A DNA stretch of 64,000 nucleotides from assembly GCA_019322435.1 (NCBI GenBank), contig JAHWIR010000008.1:21647-85646 (forward strand). The letters are read 5' to 3'. Of this stretch, positions 45,309 through 55,345 are shown piece by piece (position 1 is the stretch's first letter; each line of letters opens with the position of its first letter). The translations under genes were made by a program, and so were the position numbers. The notes beneath the pieces were generated by a model, which searched no databases, was not told where the DNA came from, and was given only the letters and a program-made list of their open reading frames with translations. This stretch comes from Candidatus Woesearchaeota archaeon. Lineage in GTDB: Archaea > Nanobdellota > Nanobdellia > Woesearchaeales > WJKL01.

Positions 45309-47681
45309 ATGAAAGCAATCAAAAAGATTGTGGCTCTTGCAACGGGCGCAACAATGCTCGGAGCAACAATTATGGGCGCAATGGCAGCGGATTTAGCTGA
45401 CTACCCAGCACCATTTGTAGAAGGATGTTCCTTCAGCGGTGCAATTGTAGTTGGTGAAAAAGCGGCTGCTGAAGACGTAGTTGGTGCAGTAGATATTGCA
45501 TCGGCACTTGCAGTGAGTGGTACAACCACAGCCACTACTGGAACTGGAACAATGGTTACTGTAAGTGGAGAAGCTTATAAAATAGAGAGAAGCACTAATA
45601 AGCTAAATCTTGGAGAAGATGTAGCAGATGTGGCTACAAAAGTAGATAGTGGAGATCTCCCAGTTGTTTTAGCAGATGGAACATTCACTAACGACGAAGG
45701 AAAAGACTTTGACTACGAACAAACAATAGATCTAACTAGTGCTACATTTACAGCAATAAGTGACAAAGATCTAAATGACAATGACCCAACAATTGGTGTT
45801 CAGTATGCTGATAGTGCTGGAGTGTTAGTATATGATCTAGAATTCACAACAGCTGCTGAAAGTGATGTAATTACAGATGATGGATTAGAAGACCTTGAAG
45901 ACACAACAATAGTGATGTTAGGCAATACTTATGATATTGTTGAAGCTACTAACGCAAGCGGCGGATACTTTGAAATCATGGGTGGAGCTACAAAAGATGT
46001 TATGGAACAAGGAGAAATAAAATCCTTTACAGTGAATGACAAAGAATATGAAGTTGAAGTAACTTATATTGGAGGCTTAGCTGTTTCAGAAGTTAAGATG
46101 AAAGTCAATGGTGAAGTTACAAAAGCTTTAGAAGAAGGCGACACTTATAAACTAGCAGACGGCACACAAGTTGGTATTAGAGAGATTCTAGAAGAGGAAG
46201 CAGGAGAAGTCACAGCTGACCAAGTAGAATTCTATATTGGAGCTGAAAAGATGACTCTTGAAGATGGTGGAGCAGAACTACAGTTAAATGATGAGGATGT
46301 AGATGACATCACTGTAGAAATTGACTCAACCCAAACAGGAGCCGAGTATGAGCTGAATGGAATAACTCTAACATGGACTGCAGATGATGAATTCTTTGTA
46401 ACAGAAGAAAGCTCTGCACTAATGCCTGGACTAGAAAGTGTAAAGCTTAGCTTTGAAGGATTGACAACACCAGCTGAAGAAATCATTGAAGTTAAAGTTG
46501 ATGGAGATGACACAATTGCATTGAAAGCACCTGTAAAAGGAGATGCAGATGGATTTGAATTTGCTGTGCTTTCTGACAGTGGAGTAGGTGCAGGGTTAGA
46601 TTTCCAAGGAGAAGACAATGAAAGTCAATTAGTAATAACACCTGCTGGAACTGCGGATATTGCATTTGATGGAGACACTGATGATATGATGGTTATCTCT
46701 AACAACGATAGTTATGAAACACACTTCTTGGAAGTAACTGGATATGATGATCCAGATGGTGCAGACTTTGAAGATGTTGTTACAGGAGCAGACTATCTAA
46801 AGAAAAAAGTTGGAGATACATTTGAAATTGCTGACATCACATTTAATGTGACTGCATTCGACAAAGCATTAAAAGAAGTGACTATAACAGCAATTACAAA
46901 TGCAGAAGATTTCCAAGGAGATGCTGTCTTTACACCAGAAGGATTGAAGATAACTCTGGCAACAGTTGCAACACCAACATTTACATTTGATGAAGAAGCA
47001 GACGATACTGACTTAGATAGAGCATCAATCTCATTTGATGTAGAGAGTGATGTACTCAATGGAACTGATGCCACTGTTGATAGTAGTACTATCGCAGGAA
47101 TTTCAGACATCCACGAAATAGGAGACACTGATATAGATGTGTACTATGCTTTGTTGGTTCCTGATGGTTCAGAAGTTGGTACAAGACTAGAGTTAGACAG
47201 AGGAGACACTGACCAGAAAACAGTTAAAATCTTCTATCCAGGTGGAGAAAGCTATGGTAACTTGTATTTAGCAGAAAGTGAAGCTGGATTTGGTACAGCA
47301 GCAGGTGTTAGTGGAGAAGCTGTATGTAAAGTATCTATTCCACCAGCAAAGCTTGACAGCGAAGTATCAAGTGTGAGCGCACAAAACCTAATAGTTGTAG
47401 GTGGACCATGTGCTAACACAGTTGCAGCTGAAGTCATGGGCGTTGCTTCAACAGTTCCTGAGTGTTTAGCAGGATTTGAAGAAGGCAAAGCTATGATTAA
47501 GTTGATGGATACAGGAGCTGGAAAGACTGCTATGCTAGTTGCAGGATACAGTGCAATGGACACTAGAAGAGCAACAAGAGTTGTTGCAAATGCTGGTGAC
47601 TATGACTTATCTGGCGACGAAGTGGAAGTTACTGGAACTACATTAACAGACATCTCAGTTAGTGCTGTTACAGCAGAATAA
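45309..47681 (+). CDS. S-layer-like surface protein (790 aa) with Methanococcales-type S-layer N- and C-terminal regions flanking a ~600-aa acidic insert
   Basis: A signal peptide is followed by ADLADYPAPFVEGCSFSGAIVVGEKAAAEDVVGAVDIASALA. The C-terminal VSAQNLIVVGGPCANTVAAE...DTRRATRVVANAGDYDLSGDEVEVTG segment is shared with two paralogues. A GGAGGTG Shine-Dalgarno lies 8 nt upstream, a long 5' intergenic region precedes the gene, and a hairpin plus T-tract follows it. Confidence 0.6.
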   Translation: MKAIKKIVALATGATMLGATIMGAMAADLADYPAPFVEGCSFSGAIVVGEKAAAEDVVGAVDIASALAVSGTTTATTGTGTMVTVSGEAYKIERSTNKLNLGEDVADVATKVDSGDLPVVLADGTFTNDEGKDFDYEQTIDLTSATFTAISDKDLNDNDPTIGVQYADSAGVLVYDLEFTTAAESDVITDDGLEDLEDTTIVMLGNTYDIVEATNASGGYFEIMGGATKDVMEQGEIKSFTVNDKEYEVEVTYIGGLAVSEVKMKVNGEVTKALEEGDTYKLADGTQVGIREILEEEAGEVTADQVEFYIGAEKMTLEDGGAELQLNDEDVDDITVEIDSTQTGAEYELNGITLTWTADDEFFVTEESSALMPGLESVKLSFEGLTTPAEEIIEVKVDGDDTIALKAPVKGDADGFEFAVLSDSGVGAGLDFQGEDNESQLVITPAGTADIAFDGDTDDMMVISNNDSYETHFLEVTGYDDPDGADFEDVVTGADYLKKKVGDTFEIADITFNVTAFDKALKEVTITAITNAEDFQGDAVFTPEGLKITLATVATPTFTFDEEADDTDLDRASISFDVESDVLNGTDATVDSSTIAGISDIHEIGDTDIDVYYALLVPDGSEVGTRLELDRGDTDQKTVKIFYPGGESYGNLYLAESEAGFGTAAGVSGEAVCKVSIPPAKLDSEVSSVSAQNLIVVGGPCANTVAAEVMGVASTVPECLAGFEEGKAMIKLMDTGAGKTAMLVAGYSAMDTRRATRVVANAGDYDLSGDEVEVTGTTLTDISVSAVTAE

Positions 47682-47683
47682 GG

Positions 47684-47715
47684 CTGAAAAGCCTTTTTTT
47701 CTTTCTTTTTTTTAT
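47684..47715 (+). terminator. Hairpin + T-tract terminator-like element
   Basis: GGCTGAAAAGCC is followed by TTTTTTTCTTTCTTTTTTTT. Confidence 0.4.
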
Positions 47716-47773
47716 TTTAATTCTTTAAAATTAACAAAAACTTTTTAAATTAGGTATTCTAAATCCCTAGTAT

Positions 47774-48301
47774 ATGGTAAATAAGGTATTTTTAGGCATT
47801 TTAGTGATGTTATTGCTAGTTTCACCTGTTCTAGCTGTTGATCTGAGTAATTTTCCAGGGGTTTTTCTGGATGAAGTCAGAGTAGTTGTTGGAAGGTCTG
47901 CAAAAGCAGAGGATGTGCTGGGAGCAATAGATATTGTGGCTGCATTGCAGCAGAGAGTAGGGACATGCAAAAGAGTTGGCGGAGCAGTATTAGATACTGA
48001 AGTAGAGTCCTTGGAATCAATGAATACTATAGTTGTTGGAGGGCCTTGCATTAATTCAGCTGCTGCCAGGTTATTAGGATATCCAGAGAACTGCTTAGAA
48101 GGATTTGAGATGGGAAAAGGCATAATAAGGATATATGAGTTTGATACTGGCAAATACGGGCTGTTGGCTGCTGGAACAACTGCATTAGACACAAGAAGAG
48201 TGACTAGTGTTCTTGCTAATTACAATGATTATGCTCTTAGTGGAGCAGAGATGATGGTGACTGGGCTTAGTATCAGTGATATAGAGATTGATTCTAAATA
48301 A
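47774..48301 (+). CDS. Small secreted protein (175 aa) consisting only of the shared S-layer terminal domain (N- and C-parts contiguous)
   Basis: A signal peptide is followed by DLSNFPGVFLDEVRVVVGRSAKAEDVLGAIDIVAAL...IVVGGPCINSAAARLLG...DTRRVTSVLANYNDYALSG. Confidence 0.55.
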   Translation: MVNKVFLGILVMLLLVSPVLAVDLSNFPGVFLDEVRVVVGRSAKAEDVLGAIDIVAALQQRVGTCKRVGGAVLDTEVESLESMNTIVVGGPCINSAAARLLGYPENCLEGFEMGKGIIRIYEFDTGKYGLLAAGTTALDTRRVTSVLANYNDYALSGAEMMVTGLSISDIEIDSK

Positions 48302-48464
48302 GTGCTGCAGCAAATATATTGTGTTTTTCTCTTATTATTTTTAGTTTTACAGTGGAATTTACAGCTGCATCGGAATTATAGACTGAGATAATTCTGTCTT
48401 TTGCTGTTGCAAGCATCTCATTGTATAATCTTCCAGGAGCAATGATTTTTGCCTTGATTGTATC

Positions 48465-49496
48465 TCATTTTCTGAATGGTTTTGGCAGTTTTTTTGTCTG
48501 TCTTATATTGAAGTCTTCTTTGAAATTGAAAAGAAGGTGTGCATTGTATTTTTCTTCTAAAGCTTTCATTTTATCTATAAATTCTTGCCAAGGCATCTGT
48601 TTTACTGGATTTCTGCCAAATTTATAGTTCAAAAAGTTCTGGATTCCTATTTTGCAGCTTAATTTCTTAGATAATTCTATCAGTTTTGAGATTTCTTTGT
48701 CATTTATACCTGGAATCCAGACAGGAGTTAGGATTAATTCAACATCTTGTTTTGAGATGTAATTAAGAATTTCTAGGATATAATCTAGATTATATGGTTT
48801 ATTTGCTATTTTTTTAGCTAATTTTTGGTCTAAAGCATTGATTGAAAAACAAAATCTTGTTAATCCTGCATTGATTAACTCATCAACTTTCTCTTTTGTT
48901 AGCAATGTTCCGTTTGTGTCTATAGCAATTGTAGAAACTTCTGGCATTGAAGAAAGGTCTTTTATTAGTTCTGCTAAAGGCTGATATAACAAAGGCTCGC
49001 CTTGTGTGCCAATATGGGCTTCTATTTCATTTATTTGCTTATGATTGAGCAGTTTTCTGAATTCTTGAATTAAATAGTCTTTTTCTACAACAAAATCAAC
49101 AGGTCTTTTGTCTTGGCTAACAGAACAATAGATACAATCGATATTGCAGCCTGTTATTGGCCTTACTTCAATTATTGATGTATTCCTGTCAATCAAGCCA
49201 AAAGCATTGTGGCCAATCAAAGGAATTCCTGAATTTTGATGGATATATATTGTTTTTTGTTTTGTTATTTTGTTTTTTAATGATCTGAATGCAGTTGAAA
49301 GCAAAAAATTGAATTTTTTATCTGCTTTTGCTCCAGAAACAGCTGGAAAACTTATTGAATTTTTAGTTATTGTGAATCTTCCAATGCTTTGTAAATCTTT
49401 TTTTGAAATCTCTGCAGAGAAAATTCTAAGGAAACTGATTTTTATCTTGTCTTTTTTATCTTCAAATGAGATATCTTTGAATTTTAATGATGCCAT
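48465..49496 (-). CDS. Radical SAM domain protein (canonical CX3CX2C)
   Basis: The canonical triad lies in ITGCNIDCIYCS at about residue 115. GTQGEPLL fits the SAM-binding 'GGEP' motif. Confidence 0.75.
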   Translation of the reverse strand: MASLKFKDISFEDKKDKIKISFLRIFSAEISKKDLQSIGRFTITKNSISFPAVSGAKADKKFNFLLSTAFRSLKNKITKQKTIYIHQNSGIPLIGHNAFGLIDRNTSIIEVRPITGCNIDCIYCSVSQDKRPVDFVVEKDYLIQEFRKLLNHKQINEIEAHIGTQGEPLLYQPLAELIKDLSSMPEVSTIAIDTNGTLLTKEKVDELINAGLTRFCFSINALDQKLAKKIANKPYNLDYILEILNYISKQDVELILTPVWIPGINDKEISKLIELSKKLSCKIGIQNFLNYKFGRNPVKQMPWQEFIDKMKALEEKYNAHLLFNFKEDFNIRQTKKLPKPFRK

Positions 49497-49566
49497 AGGG
49501 CTGTGAGGTAAACTAGTTTTAAAAAACTAACTGTTTCATTACATAAAAATTTAAATAGATAATTAA

Positions 49567-50208
49567 TTGTTGAATTCTGGGATGGGAGAAGAAATCAATA
49601 TCACTTATGAGACTTTGTTTGAGTTATTAAGACGGGAAAAGAACAGGGATGAGCTGCAGAGATTGGATGAGAAATTCTTTGCAGATGTTGCAGCTTATCT
49701 GAAAGGCAAAGAGGAAGTTCTAGAGCAGCTGAAAACAAAGCAGGACCTGTTTGTGAATGAGGAAAAAGAGAAGGCTGAGAAACAGATTGAGGATATAAGG
49801 GGGATTTTGAAGAGGCTTTATGAAAAAAGAGAGAAAAAGATCATTGAGATGGCGGTTGATGCGTCAAGGACTCCTTCTGTCATAATAGACAAATCAATAA
49901 TGCTTGATGAAGAGAAGATGCTTTATGAAAAGACCTTAAGATTACTGAACAGTTTTAGAGAGGGTATTTTGCTGAATATACAGCATGCCAGGCTGCCTGA
50001 GATTAAAGGGGTACAAGATATTGTGGATAAAGAGCCGGAAGTTGAAGAAAAACCAGAAGAGATATTCAGACCAATCATATTCACTCATGAAGTGCCAAGG
50101 TTTGTAGGCATTGATCTAAAAGAATACGGGCCTTTTGAAGTTGGAGAAAGTGCTGAGCTGCCTTATAAGATAGCTGATGTTCTTATTAATAAGGGAAGGG
50201 CAGAGTAG
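49567..50208 (+). CDS. GINS-like replication protein (Gins51/Gins15-type) - tentative
   Basis: The N-terminal helical A-domain (ITYETLFELLRREKNRDELQRLDEKFFADVAAYL) is followed by a C-terminal beta-rich domain. The 213-aa size fits the family. Confidence 0.45.
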   Translation: MLNSGMGEEINITYETLFELLRREKNRDELQRLDEKFFADVAAYLKGKEEVLEQLKTKQDLFVNEEKEKAEKQIEDIRGILKRLYEKREKKIIEMAVDASRTPSVIIDKSIMLDEEKMLYEKTLRLLNSFREGILLNIQHARLPEIKGVQDIVDKEPEVEEKPEEIFRPIIFTHEVPRFVGIDLKEYGPFEVGESAELPYKIADVLINKGRAE

Positions 50209-50246
50209 AAACCTTTTTAAACCACTTCTAATTTGCATATTCACAG

Positions 50247-50564
50247 ATGAAATTACCTAAAACAGTCAAAAGATACTGTCCTTATTGCAAGAAGCACACT
50301 GAACATAAGATAACTAACTCTAAGAAGAAAACTATGGGAAGTGTACACCCTATGAGTTATGGAAGCAAGAAAAGAGCTAAATTAAGAGGGGCTGCAAGAG
50401 GGCATGGAAATTTAGGAAGGTATTCAAAGCCAGCTATTTCAAAGTGGAAGATGACTGGGAAGAAGACAAGCAAGAAGCTGGATTTAAGATATCAGTGCAA
50501 GGAATGCAAGAAATCCCATGTTCAGAAGAAAGGGGTAAGAGCAAAGAGGGTTGAATTTAAATGA
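50247..50564 (+). CDS. rpl44e: 50S ribosomal protein L44e (eL42)
   Basis: [10 protein letters not shown]...KP...YQCKECKK Zn-ribbon. Confidence 0.9.
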   Translation: MKLPKTVKRYCPYCKKHTEHKITNSKKKTMGSVHPMSYGSKKRAKLRGAARGHGNLGRYSKPAISKWKMTGKKTSKKLDLRYQCKECKKSHVQKKGVRAKRVEFK

Positions 50565-50740
50565 AGAAAGAACCTACTAGCAAATTTGTAAAGATAAGAT
50601 GTCCTAAATGCAAGAATGAGCAGATCATATTTGGCAAATCAAGCAGCAATATCAAGTGTTTGGTGTGCGGAAAGATACTAGCAGAGCCTCAAGGAGGGAA
50701 AAGCAGGATAAAAGCAAGGATCCTGGAGGTTCTTGAGTAA
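50561..50740 (+). CDS. rps27e: 30S ribosomal protein S27e
   Basis: The ORF encodes [47 protein letters not shown]. Its ATG overlaps the rpl44e stop in an ATGA pattern. Confidence 0.85.
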   Translation: MKKEPTSKFVKIRCPKCKNEQIIFGKSSSNIKCLVCGKILAEPQGGKSRIKARILEVLE

Positions 50741-51520
50741 ATGTTGTATAAAAAAGAAGGCATGCCTGAAGAAAACGAGATAGTTCTTTGTACTGTAACA
50801 AATGTTCAGCACCATTCTGTTTTTGCAAAACTTGATGAATACGGCAAATCTGGAATGATCCATATTTCTGAAGTAAGTCCTGGAAGGATCAGGAATTTGC
50901 GTGATTATGTCCAGGAAGGCAAGAAAGTCATCTGCAAGATTTTAAGAATAGATAGAGTTAAAGGGCATATTGACTTAAGCTTGAGAAGGGTCAGTGAAGG
51001 AAACAGAAGAAAGAAGAATGAAGCGATAAAGCAGGAGCAGAAAGCTGAGAAGATAATTGAGACTGTTGCAAAGAAAAGAGAAAAAACTCTTGAAGAATTG
51101 TATGAAGATGTAAGCAGCAAGGTATTTGAGAAATATGAATATATCTTCCAGTGTTTTAATGATATTGTTGAAAAAGATTATGACCTGAAGAAATTAGGGA
51201 TTGAGGCTGGGTTGGCTGATGAGCTGACAGCTGTTGTCAAGGAAAAGATAAAGCCAGTTGAAGTCTCTATCAGAGGGATATTGAATATCAGTTCTCAGGC
51301 TCCTGATGGAATTGAGGTTGTGAAGAAAACACTGCAGAGAGCCATTACAATTGGGAAAAATAATGTTGATATCAGTTATGCTGGAGCTGGAAAGTATAAT
51401 GTTGTTGTAAAAGCTCCTGATTACAAGACAGCTGAGAAGATTTTGACAAGCTCAACTGAATCTGCGATCAAGTTTGCAGAGAAGAATGAAGGAGAAGCCA
51501 GTTTTCTAAGAGCTGATTAA
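50741..51520 (+). CDS. eif2a: Translation initiation factor 2 alpha subunit (aIF-2alpha)
   Basis: The S1 domain has MIHISEVSPGRIRNLRDYV, and the protein has the eIF2alpha domain order. Confidence 0.9.
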   Translation: MLYKKEGMPEENEIVLCTVTNVQHHSVFAKLDEYGKSGMIHISEVSPGRIRNLRDYVQEGKKVICKILRIDRVKGHIDLSLRRVSEGNRRKKNEAIKQEQKAEKIIETVAKKREKTLEELYEDVSSKVFEKYEYIFQCFNDIVEKDYDLKKLGIEAGLADELTAVVKEKIKPVEVSIRGILNISSQAPDGIEVVKKTLQRAITIGKNNVDISYAGAGKYNVVVKAPDYKTAEKILTSSTESAIKFAEKNEGEASFLRAD

Positions 51521-52128
51521 TTCTTTCTATTTCTGAACCAGTCAATTAACAAGTATAAGACAATAGTGGAAGCTGCTCCTATAAAGAACCACAATGCGAT
51601 GTTTGAATATAATGGGAATTTATCAGCTACAACAGGGACTGTTTCAACTGCAGTAGAAGCTACTCCTGCTGCTGTATCAGCTGATTCTTCTGCAAGCATT
51701 CTTGGAGCTGCTTCTTGGACAGCTGCAAATTTTGCTGTTGTTTTTGTGAAATACTGGATAAAAGCAGTTCCTGCTGCTACAATCAAGGCAACTGGAAGCA
51801 CTGATTTCAGCTTTTCTTTTATTCCATAAGTTGATTTTGGAGCGATTATAATGTATTTATTAGCCAGTTTGTAGTGGTTGACTTCTTTTCCTTTTTCAGA
51901 ATAATGATATTCATCTGCAACAACTAAGTTGCCTTTTTGCAGTTGCTGGAGATTGTAATGTACTGTTGAAATAGGTATGTTTAATTTTTCTGAGAGTTCT
52001 GATTCTGTTGCTTCTTTGTCTGCTAAATAATCTAATATTTTTCTGCATGTTTCATTGGAAATAGCTTGAGCTAATTGTTTTGCTTTATTTTCACTTAATG
52101 AAACTAATAGGAATTTTTCCTTTGCCAT
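51517..52128 (-). CDS. ArsR-type wHTH transcriptional regulator with C-terminal TM segment(s)
   Basis: The HTH reads CRKILDYLADKEATESELSEKLNIPISTVHYNLQQL, and a hydrophobic C-terminus follows. Confidence 0.6.
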   Translation of the reverse strand: MAKEKFLLVSLSENKAKQLAQAISNETCRKILDYLADKEATESELSEKLNIPISTVHYNLQQLQKGNLVVADEYHYSEKGKEVNHYKLANKYIIIAPKSTYGIKEKLKSVLPVALIVAAGTAFIQYFTKTTAKFAAVQEAAPRMLAEESADTAAGVASTAVETVPVVADKFPLYSNIALWFFIGAASTIVLYLLIDWFRNRKN

Positions 52129-52225
52129 GTATTTGAAGAATACTTATATGTTTATAAAGGTTGCAGATAAGTTCAATTTGAGTTGAACCTAAAACTTTTT
52201 ATATAGAGTTGAGATTACAAAGAAA

Positions 52226-52387
52226 ATGAAGCACATTCTAAAGTGTGAGGAGTGCAACCAATATACAATGCAGGCAAAATGTCCTAAGTGCGGAGCTCCC
52301 ACGCAAAATCCGAAGCCTGCAAAATATGATCCTACTGACAGGATGGGAAAATACCGAAGAAAAGCCAAGGAGAAGATGGGAATATGA
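52226..52387 (+). CDS. nop10: H/ACA ribonucleoprotein subunit Nop10
   Basis: The ORF encodes MKHILKCEECNQYTMQAKCPKCGAPTQNPKPAKYDPTDRMGKYRRKAKE. It is below the ORF-track cut-off, and its stop overlaps the next start in an ATGA pattern. Confidence 0.8.
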   Translation: MKHILKCEECNQYTMQAKCPKCGAPTQNPKPAKYDPTDRMGKYRRKAKEKMGI

Positions 52388-53178
52388 GCTGGAAGATAAA
52401 GCTGGTTGGAGAAAAACCAAAACTTAACAAACCAATCCTTATTGAAGGTTTGCCTGGAATAGGCAATGTAGGGAAGGTTGCTGTTGATTTTCTTATTGAT
52501 GAATTAAAAGCTGTTAAACTGTATGAATTATTCTCATATACATTTCCGCATTCTGTTTTTGTCAATGAAAAGAATCTTGTTGAACTGCCAAAGATAGAGA
52601 TATATTACAAGAAGATGGAGAATGGGAATGATTTGCTGCTGTTGGCAGGAGATGTGCAGCCGATTGATGAGGTCAGCTGCTATGAGTTTTCTGATAAAAT
52701 ATTAGAGATAATGGAAGAATTTGCAGGAGCTGAAATAATCACTTTGGGAGGCATTGGGCTGGAAAGTGTTCCTAAAAAACCAAAGGTGTTCTGCACTGGA
52801 AATAATATAAAAATAATTGAAAAATACAAGAAAGATACAATGCTTAATGACAGCATATATGGTGTTGTCGGACCGATAGTGGGTGTTTCTGGGCTGTTGT
52901 TGGGATTGGCTGATAAAAAAAATATTCCTGCTATTGCTATGCTGTCAGAAACCTATGGCCATCCAATGTATTTAGGAGTAAAGGGAGCAAGAGAAATCCT
53001 TAAGATTCTGAACAAGAAAGTAGGTGTTGATGTTAAACTAGAAGATTTGGATAAAGAGATCAAGGATTTAGAAAAAGAGATGATGAAGAGAACTGAAGAT
53101 TTGAGTCAAGTAAGCAAACAGACAGCAAGGAAGAAACTGAAAGGAAGATTAGGCGAAGAAACAAGTTATATAGGATAA
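52384..53178 (+). CDS. PAC2-family proteasome assembly chaperone-like protein
   Basis: ILIEGLPGIGNVGKVAVDFLI matches the family motif. Confidence 0.7.
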   Translation: MSWKIKLVGEKPKLNKPILIEGLPGIGNVGKVAVDFLIDELKAVKLYELFSYTFPHSVFVNEKNLVELPKIEIYYKKMENGNDLLLLAGDVQPIDEVSCYEFSDKILEIMEEFAGAEIITLGGIGLESVPKKPKVFCTGNNIKIIEKYKKDTMLNDSIYGVVGPIVGVSGLLLGLADKKNIPAIAMLSETYGHPMYLGVKGAREILKILNKKVGVDVKLEDLDKEIKDLEKEMMKRTEDLSQVSKQTARKKLKGRLGEETSYIG

Positions 53179-53234
53179 TTCTGCACAACTAACAAAAAGG
53201 TTTATATAGATTATTTCTTAATTTAATAAAAAAG

Positions 53235-54071
53235 ATGGTGTTAGAAAGATTATATTCCTCTAAATGGATTGAGCAGAAAAGCAGGTATGCTTTTTTAATG
53301 GGGTTAAGTTATTCTATAATTGGGATTTTCTCTGCAATGTTTTTGTTTCCTAAGGATCCTGGATTGGTTGCAATTGCTTTTACTTCTTTATTGATACTGC
53401 CTAGTTTGAACAGCTTGTTGTCAGTAGAGGCAAATGAGGCTGCGAGGAGCAATAAGTTTGATATTATTGGATTGTTTAAGGACCATAATGATATCTTTAG
53501 AGTTTATTTGTTTTTGTTTTTAGGGATATTGCTGAGTTTTTCATTCTTTTCAGTTGTATGGCCTTCTATTGCTACAAGCCAGATATTTGCACAGCAGGTT
53601 AATGTTTTAGGATGGGCAACAGGAGAGGCTTATACCAAGGCAGGGTTGTTTGGAGGGCTGCTTACAAATAATCTTAAGGTTTTGGTGTTTTGCTTGCTTG
53701 CTTCTTTTATCTATGGAAGCGGAGCAATATTTATCATAACATGGAATGCTTCTGTATGGGGAACAATATTTGGGATAATTGCAAGGGACAGTGCTGCTGC
53801 TGTTGGGCAGAATCCTTTTGTTTATTTTGGGCTGACATTATTAGCAGTATTTCCTCATCTGATATTAGAAGCTAGCTCTTATTTCTTAGCTGCTATTTCT
53901 GGCGGTGTTGTAAGCAAAGCGGTTTTAAGAGAGAAACCTTTTTCAAAAAGGTTTTCACAGATAATAGAAGATGGATTAATGATGTTTGTTATTGCAATCA
54001 TTGTTTTGGTTATTGCTGTTTATATTGAAGCATATGTAACTGGTTCTATTGTTCGGTTTTTTGGGTTGTGA
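53235..54071 (+). CDS. SpoIIM/DUF95-family membrane protein
   Basis: The protein has multiple TM helices and a FPHLILEASSYFLAAISG segment. Confidence 0.55.
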   Translation: MVLERLYSSKWIEQKSRYAFLMGLSYSIIGIFSAMFLFPKDPGLVAIAFTSLLILPSLNSLLSVEANEAARSNKFDIIGLFKDHNDIFRVYLFLFLGILLSFSFFSVVWPSIATSQIFAQQVNVLGWATGEAYTKAGLFGGLLTNNLKVLVFCLLASFIYGSGAIFIITWNASVWGTIFGIIARDSAAAVGQNPFVYFGLTLLAVFPHLILEASSYFLAAISGGVVSKAVLREKPFSKRFSQIIEDGLMMFVIAIIVLVIAVYIEAYVTGSIVRFFGL

Positions 54072-54098
54072 TTCACGAAGGTTTTTAAAGTAAATAAT

Positions 54099-54992
54099 AT
54101 GTTTTTTTATATGAGATGGAGATATATTGCTTTGGGTTCATTAGTATTGGTCTTAGGAGGAGCGATTTATTTAGAAAATGTTCTAACTAAAAAAAGACTT
54201 GAGAGGCCTGTTGTTAAAGAGCATGGTATTGAGAAGATAATTAAAAAAACAACTATCTCTTTTGAAGAAGCTTGCAGGGATCATGCGAAAAGAGAGAAAT
54301 ATATTTTGGATATTAAAAATAAGATTTCTTTGCCTGAATTTGCTGATCTTGAATATGTGAGTAGAGGTAGATTAGAAGATATTCTGAAATATAATAAGGA
54401 AGCATTAAAGCAGGATGTTAAATTATCTGATAAACTAAACGCTATGACTGCACCTGGCGGCAAGAAGGTTAAAGATTTCTTTGCAAAAAAAATGCATCCA
54501 AAGATATTGGTGTTTTATCATGCTTTTGAAAGTGATAGTGTAAAGAATGAAGCTGATTTAAGAAGCGTTATAATTCAAGAAATAGATCATGCTAGATTTT
54601 ATCATGAAGGTGATGAAAGAATAGATAGTGATAAATTAAGAAAATATCTAAAACAGGATTATGATAGGAAGCCTAAGGATAAATTTGGCCACATAGTAAA
54701 TATTTTTATGGAATTAAGAGGAACTGAGATTCAAATGAAAAAGTTTACAAAGAAAAATTCTCAGAAGTATATGAACCATGTTCTTAATTATAATTTTGAA
54801 AATTATGTTGCATTATGGAGACATGATAAAAAACCCTTGGCTAATGATCTTAAGATGTTATTTTTCAGAAAATATATGTTAACATACCTTGGACAAGATG
54901 AAAAAGGATTTTACCTTGAACCTGTTGAAGAATTTAAACCAATAACAAAGAGACTGTATCTTCCTGAAGGAATTAAGATTGAATTTAAATAA
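54099..54992 (+). CDS. Hypothetical N-terminally anchored protein (297 aa)
   Basis: ORF with an N-terminal TM helix. Confidence 0.45.
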   Translation: MFFYMRWRYIALGSLVLVLGGAIYLENVLTKKRLERPVVKEHGIEKIIKKTTISFEEACRDHAKREKYILDIKNKISLPEFADLEYVSRGRLEDILKYNKEALKQDVKLSDKLNAMTAPGGKKVKDFFAKKMHPKILVFYHAFESDSVKNEADLRSVIIQEIDHARFYHEGDERIDSDKLRKYLKQDYDRKPKDKFGHIVNIFMELRGTEIQMKKFTKKNSQKYMNHVLNYNFENYVALWRHDKKPLANDLKMLFFRKYMLTYLGQDEKGFYLEPVEEFKPITKRLYLPEGIKIEFK

Positions 54993-55116
54993 AAACAATT
55001 ATACAATGTAAGCTGGTAATTGTGAGCGAGTTTATGAGCGCACTCGCAAGTCACTGCTTACAAGCATAAATATTTTGTTAAAACAAAATATTTATATAGT
55101 AGATTATTCTAAATTA

Positions 55117-55131
55117 TTCTGAATATCAGAA
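55117..55131. promoter_or_regulatory. Inverted repeat TTCTGA-N3-TCAGAA, candidate operator upstream of abrB-like gene
   Basis: The half-site TCAGAA recurs at 55183-55188, overlapping the start codon, and in inverted orientation near 55165. Confidence 0.25.
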
Positions 55132-55186
55132 ATATTGATATTTTGATTGATTAATTTACTTATTATCTGATATTCTTATTTTCAGA

Positions 55187-55345
55187 ATGAAGAACTTTAA
55201 AGTAGTACAAGCTGATAAAAGAGGACAGATAGTTATTCCTAAATCTATTAGAAAAGAACTTAAGATAGAGGAAGGTGCTGCATTCTGGATATATAAGACT
55301 GAGGAAGGCATTGTTCTGAAAAAGATTCAAGCTCCTAAAAGGTGA
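55187..55345 (+). CDS. AbrB/MazE/SpoVT-family (swapped-hairpin) small DNA-binding protein, 52 aa
   Basis: The ORF encodes MKNFKVVQADKRGQIVIPKSIRKELKIEEGAAFWIYKTEEGIVLKK. It is below the ORF-track cut-off and ends 5 nt before the giant protein's ATG. Confidence 0.65.
   Translation: MKNFKVVQADKRGQIVIPKSIRKELKIEEGAAFWIYKTEEGIVLKKIQAPKR

Noticed and set aside
45028-45318. 96-aa minus-strand ORF in the long intergenic region
   Set aside because: It has no start context or motif, it overlaps the S-layer gene's Shine-Dalgarno and start, and its composition is non-coding-like.
47684-47715. Rho-independent terminator in the strict bacterial sense
   Set aside because: Archaeal termination relies mainly on oligo-T. 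The hairpin-plus-T-tract is retained only as a terminator-like element at modest confidence.
52245-52427. 60-aa ORF from the track
   Set aside because: It lies in a different frame from the clear Nop10 ORF (52226-52387) on the same strand. Nop10 explains the coding signal.
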